The translations under genes and the position numbers were made by a program. A model generated the notes under the pieces. The model ran no database searches. It was not told where the DNA came from and was given only the letters and a program-made list of their open reading frames with translations. A stretch of DNA of 64,000 nucleotides from Selaginella moellendorffii. Lineage: Eukaryota; Plantae; Lycopodiophyta. Of this stretch, positions 59,751 through 64,000 are shown one piece after another. Location: the NCBI RefSeq assembly GCF_000143415.4, contig NW_003314303.1:1456676-1520675 (forward strand). Direction: 5' to 3'. Within the stretch, counting starts at the first letter, position 1; the number at the start of each line of letters is the position of its first letter.

Positions 59751-62158
59751 CATGGTAATATATTAATTTTCTTAAAATCTTAGTTATATATTTATTCATA
59801 TTCCAGGTAAACACATAATAACTAAAGAATACTTTCCCTAAATCATTAATAATTAATCTTAATAATTTTTATTTACTTTTGTTTGAGTTTGGGTAGTAAT
59901 ATATTAGTTTTTTTAACCATTTTAGGATTCTAATTTTGTTTGTATCCCAAGTAAAAAAATACTTTACATGTAACATCTAATTAAGAAAATTATTTTTTAG
60001 TAATTTTTTATTTACTTTTTATTGGGAGTGTACTAAATATATTTATAATCTAATAACTATATAAAAATTATTCTTAACAATTTTTATTTTACTTTACTTT
60101 GGGTTGGATATTAAGTTTCTTAAAATTTTAATATTATAAATATATTCATATTCCTAAGTAGTACTTTGCATATATTATCTTTATCACTAATATTTAGTTA
60201 TTAATTATTTTTTCACTTTGGGAATATTAGTAGTCTAAATTAATGGTCTATATTGTATAGTATTATATGTGTATATAAAGATATCAGAAGGATTGATTTT
60301 TGTACTCATGTAGCATTTGCTGGGCAACATCTCACATGCAAAGTATTAACTAGCATTAACACTCAATTTTTTGCAATGAAGACCCTCTGAAATTGAGAGG
60401 GTAAATTCTAAGGTTTAGTAGAGAGTGTTTGCCATGACAGCATGCCTAACTATTGGTGCCTTCAAATTGTGATTCAAGCTCATATCTGAATCTCTTTCCC
60501 TTGATTCAGGATTTTGTGAGCTATGGCACATGCTCTTGCCAATCCCTAGCAATGGCACCTCATATTCATCCCAAATGTGCAAATTCCTGCACAACACCCT
60601 TCTTTTCTTGTTGTAGTTTGTCTTGTTGCTTGTTTTGAGAATTGAGATGAGCTATGATACCACTGGAGCTGCTATTATAAGTTGATTTTCTTGTAGTGAG
60701 ATTGCATTTTCTCAAACTTCTTATCAAGTCATTAGGGAGAGTCATTGAGATTGCAAGTACTTTTTTTCTCTCTTCTTCATTTCTATTTTGTTTTGTTTCT
60801 TTGGATTCAGGGCAAAGTTGCTTCGACAGTATGGTGGTGTGATGATTCTAGCAACATGTCTAAACCACAAAAAAGCAATCAACGAAGTAAACTATTCTCC
60901 TATGATTTCTTTTATGTTCTTTAGGTGGTGGCATAAGCTCTAGAGAATGAAAAAGTGAAGGAGTGAGATTTATGCTTGGATAGTGACATTCTTTATGATC
61001 TTTCCATTGGGAGGATTATGTTGGGCATCACATTGAAGAATTACTTGGTATATAGTTTCTCAGCCACTTATATTAGAGGAGCAGCTTATATGCTTCTCAT
61101 TGTGGTAGATTTGTATGGTCATCAGAATGGTAAGTTTTTTACTTTCTTTACTAGGTGAATTCATGAGTGTAGAGATCATGACACTGGGTGTTGAGTGGTG
61201 GCTAAACTTCAACAATAGGTTTTGTCTTTTGCTATGGTGATAGAAGTGTGGTATCAAAAGATTTTAAGTTATCCAAATGGCAATATATAGTGCTCTTGCT
61301 AATCTAACCAATGATAAATTGTACTCATGAGGTTATAAATTATGTATGTCTTTGGTGGCATTACTAGATCAAAATTCAAAACTGCTAGAGATTTGAATTC
61401 TATTTAACAGGTTAAGAGAGTGAATATTTATTTTTAAGTGAACTTTTTAATGCTTTACTAATAAAATAATCAACTTTTCCTAAACTTATTCTGTTTTATA
61501 AATTATTATAATCTTTGAATATTTTAGGTCACAATTAAATTTTATAATTTAATTTAACAGTATTTATAAATATAATAAGAAAACTGTATTCTAGAATAAT
61601 CTTATTTTGTAAGCTAGAATATACTAGATGGCCTATTTAAATATTACAATAACATATGAAACCCAACACCAAATGATAGTATATCAAATGTGGATTGACT
61701 TAGTTTTATGAATGTGTAGGATCATGATTAAAGCTTCAAGCATTAATATATAAAAAAATTAAACAATTTCAACAATAGGAGTATATATTATATTTTTATA
61801 TGTAACCTTAGCTATTTACAATTTAACTCATTATCAGAAAAACTAAGATAATGTATGCAGTATCTGATTAAGCAGTAATATTTTAAATTCTTTTTCCTAA
61901 CTGTAAAGATAGTTTATTAGTACATAATACTATGGAATTACAATTTCTATAGCATACATATTTACAAAATATTTTTGTTAGTAATTAGTTTCTTGACTGG
62001 ATCTAGGTAGTAATATATTAATGTAAACTTATTGTTTTATATATTCTAAGTAAAAAGCATAATTAAGTAATGTTTTACTAATAAAAATGAGTAATAATTA
62101 TTTTTAGTGTGAGGTTTAGGTGTACGACTACGATGTCGTATACTAATATTAACATAGT

Positions 62159-62751
62159 TGTAAGCAACCAAAGAAAACGACTCAAGAGACGCTCCATTGG
62201 GTTCAAATATAAAGGGAAAGGGCTCATGAACAAGAGTGCACCCCTTTTTCCAATTGGTTAAGGGTTTTGGGATATTTGGGGTTAAGCATCCTTGGGTTTG
62301 AATAGTATTGGACTAAGTGACCTCCTAAGAAGTCTAAACTCATGAGCTTACATTTGGTATTAAAGAGGTCTCAGGTTTGACTTTGTTGATTGGCTAGGGG
62401 AATCACACCACATATTGATTGACATCTGGCAAGTCTAATTTGCTCCGGCTGGGGTTGACCTGAGGGGTAGGGTGTCAAGAGAGCAGGGCTCTCGAGAGAG
62501 CTGTGGCTTTTAGCTTTCGTTTACAAGGGTGTGAACTTGCAAGGAAGTTTGGTGGATTGTAAGCAACTAAAGAAAATGACTTGAGAGATAATCCATCGGG
62601 TTCAAATATAAAGGGAAAGGGCTCATGAACAAGAGTGCACCCCTTTTTCCAATCGGCTAAAGGTCTTGGGATATTTGAGGTTAAACGTCTTTGGGTTTGA
62701 ATAGTACTGGGCTGGGTGACCTCCCGGGAAGTTCAAACTCAAGAGTTTACA
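62159..62751 (+). mobile_element. Second complete Cassandra-like TRIM
   Basis: 194-bp LTRs at 62159-62352 and 62558-62751 with TSD ATAGT. PBS TGGTATTAAAG at 62355, 5S-like A/C boxes, and the same 593-bp length as the first copy. Confidence 0.93.
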
Positions 62752-63091
62752 ATAGTGGGATTTTGGTAGCCGTCGAATTGGTTTTAATCTGGACCATTTA
62801 CTCCTATATATAAGTTAGGGTTTTTTGGCTAATTGATATGCACATTTTCTGTATCCCCTTTCCATATTCCATGCACTCATATTAGTGGAGTTTAGGGGCA
62901 CCTTTGATTGTCCCTAAGGAATGCCTGGATTTGGGATTTTGGTTTAGATCTAGCTTTTTCCATTTCTTTTCTTTTGTTCTTTCCTTTTAGGATTTTGGTT
63001 TAGATATAGTTTTTTGTATTGTCTAGATCTCCATTTCCTTCTAGTTTTTTGTCATTTCTCTTCTTTTGCTCTTTCCTTTTCATTCATCTTC

Positions 63092-64000
63092 ATGGCAGAT
63101 CAGCAATCTCCTCCTTTAACTCTAGAGTAGCAGTTGGTACAATTGCTTGATGCTATGTGTAATTGAATAACCAAACTTAGTTGATGGTAATGTTCACGGC
63201 ATATAGTACAACTCCTCCTACTCTTGGTGCCAATCCTCATGTTTGGCCGGAGTTCTTTCACGGGAATCCTGGTGATAATGTGTACCATTGGTTTGATCAC
63301 TTCACGGTGATTGCCACATATCATTCTTGGGATGATGCTCAATGTTTACGTGAGTTTCCCACGTGTCTCCATAGGACAGCATTGTAGTGGTACAATGGTT
63401 TGAGAGTAGCCACTCGTGGGGATTAGAGTGTTCTCTTGGATGTCTTCAAATGCACATTCGGATATGCCAATGATTGTGATGATGCCTTCCAACAATTGCA
63501 TCGTCTTCGCCAAAGGCCATTTGAGTTGGTGATACAATTTAGCATTCATTTCCAAAGTTTTTTGCTTCATGCAAAACCAAATATGTCAAAGCGGATCAAG
63601 CTAGGAATGTTGTGGCTAGCACTTTGTTAAGATCTTGTCAAAGTTGGCTCCTATGACCCTTGACGATGCTCTTTGCTTAGCACAACGTTATGAAATATCA
63701 CCTCTTCCACTTTTTGCTACCCGTTTTTCAACTCCACTTCTTATGGGTGGTGGTCTTGTTCCAATGGAGGTTGATGTTGCTACTGCTCGAGTTCAAGGAC
63801 CAGGGCGAAGCCGTGGTCGTGGCTGTGATGTTCGTTGCTGAGCGTGTGATGAAGTTGGTCACACTTATTGGCGTTTTCGGCATTTTCCAAATTGGCAGCC
63901 ACCATTTCCTGGGTGGAGACCTTGTCTTGTTGGTGTTGTTGCAGTGGAAGGTCTGGACATTAAGATGCATCCGGGAAACAAGGAGTCATGCGAGTAATAG
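63092..64000 (+). mobile_element. Decayed Ty3/gypsy gag
   Basis: PEFFHGNPGDNVYHWF..WDD, W(Y)NGL, LRQ, P.TLDDAL..AQRYE, VPMEVD and a broken zinc knuckle C*ACDEVGH. Several stops. Confidence 0.75.

Overview
Eukaryotic plant genomic DNA, most likely a lycophyte such as Selaginella. This is inferred from ~50-nt introns, a PPR gene built from short PLS-type repeats, CCCTAAA telomere motifs and an endonuclease-less Penelope-like element. Host genes lie in the left third: a Pollen Ole e 1/extensin-like last exon, a secreted LRR protein, FEN1 head-to-head with SDH2, a PLS-E PPR gene and a UGT remnant. The rest is nested transposable elements. The most striking structure spans ~24.4-40.1 kb. It is an endonuclease-deficient Penelope-like retroelement (coiled-coil ORF1 plus RT). 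Its terminal repeats carry a minimal hammerhead ribozyme, a 14-bp hairpin and C-strand telomeric repeats. L1/Tx1-like LINEs have inserted into these repeats at least three times at the same nucleotide, duplicating the same 20-bp target inside the hairpin, and an empty site is present for comparison. The window also holds two complete 593-bp Cassandra-like TRIMs with 5S-rRNA-derived LTRs, and a complete but non-coding 7.45-kb LTR element with repeat-rich 1.7-kb LTRs and older copies of the same family. There is also a ~3.8-kb fold-back palindrome with Ulp1-like fragments and several decayed gypsy pieces. All calls were made by eye; boundaries of degenerate elements are approximate.
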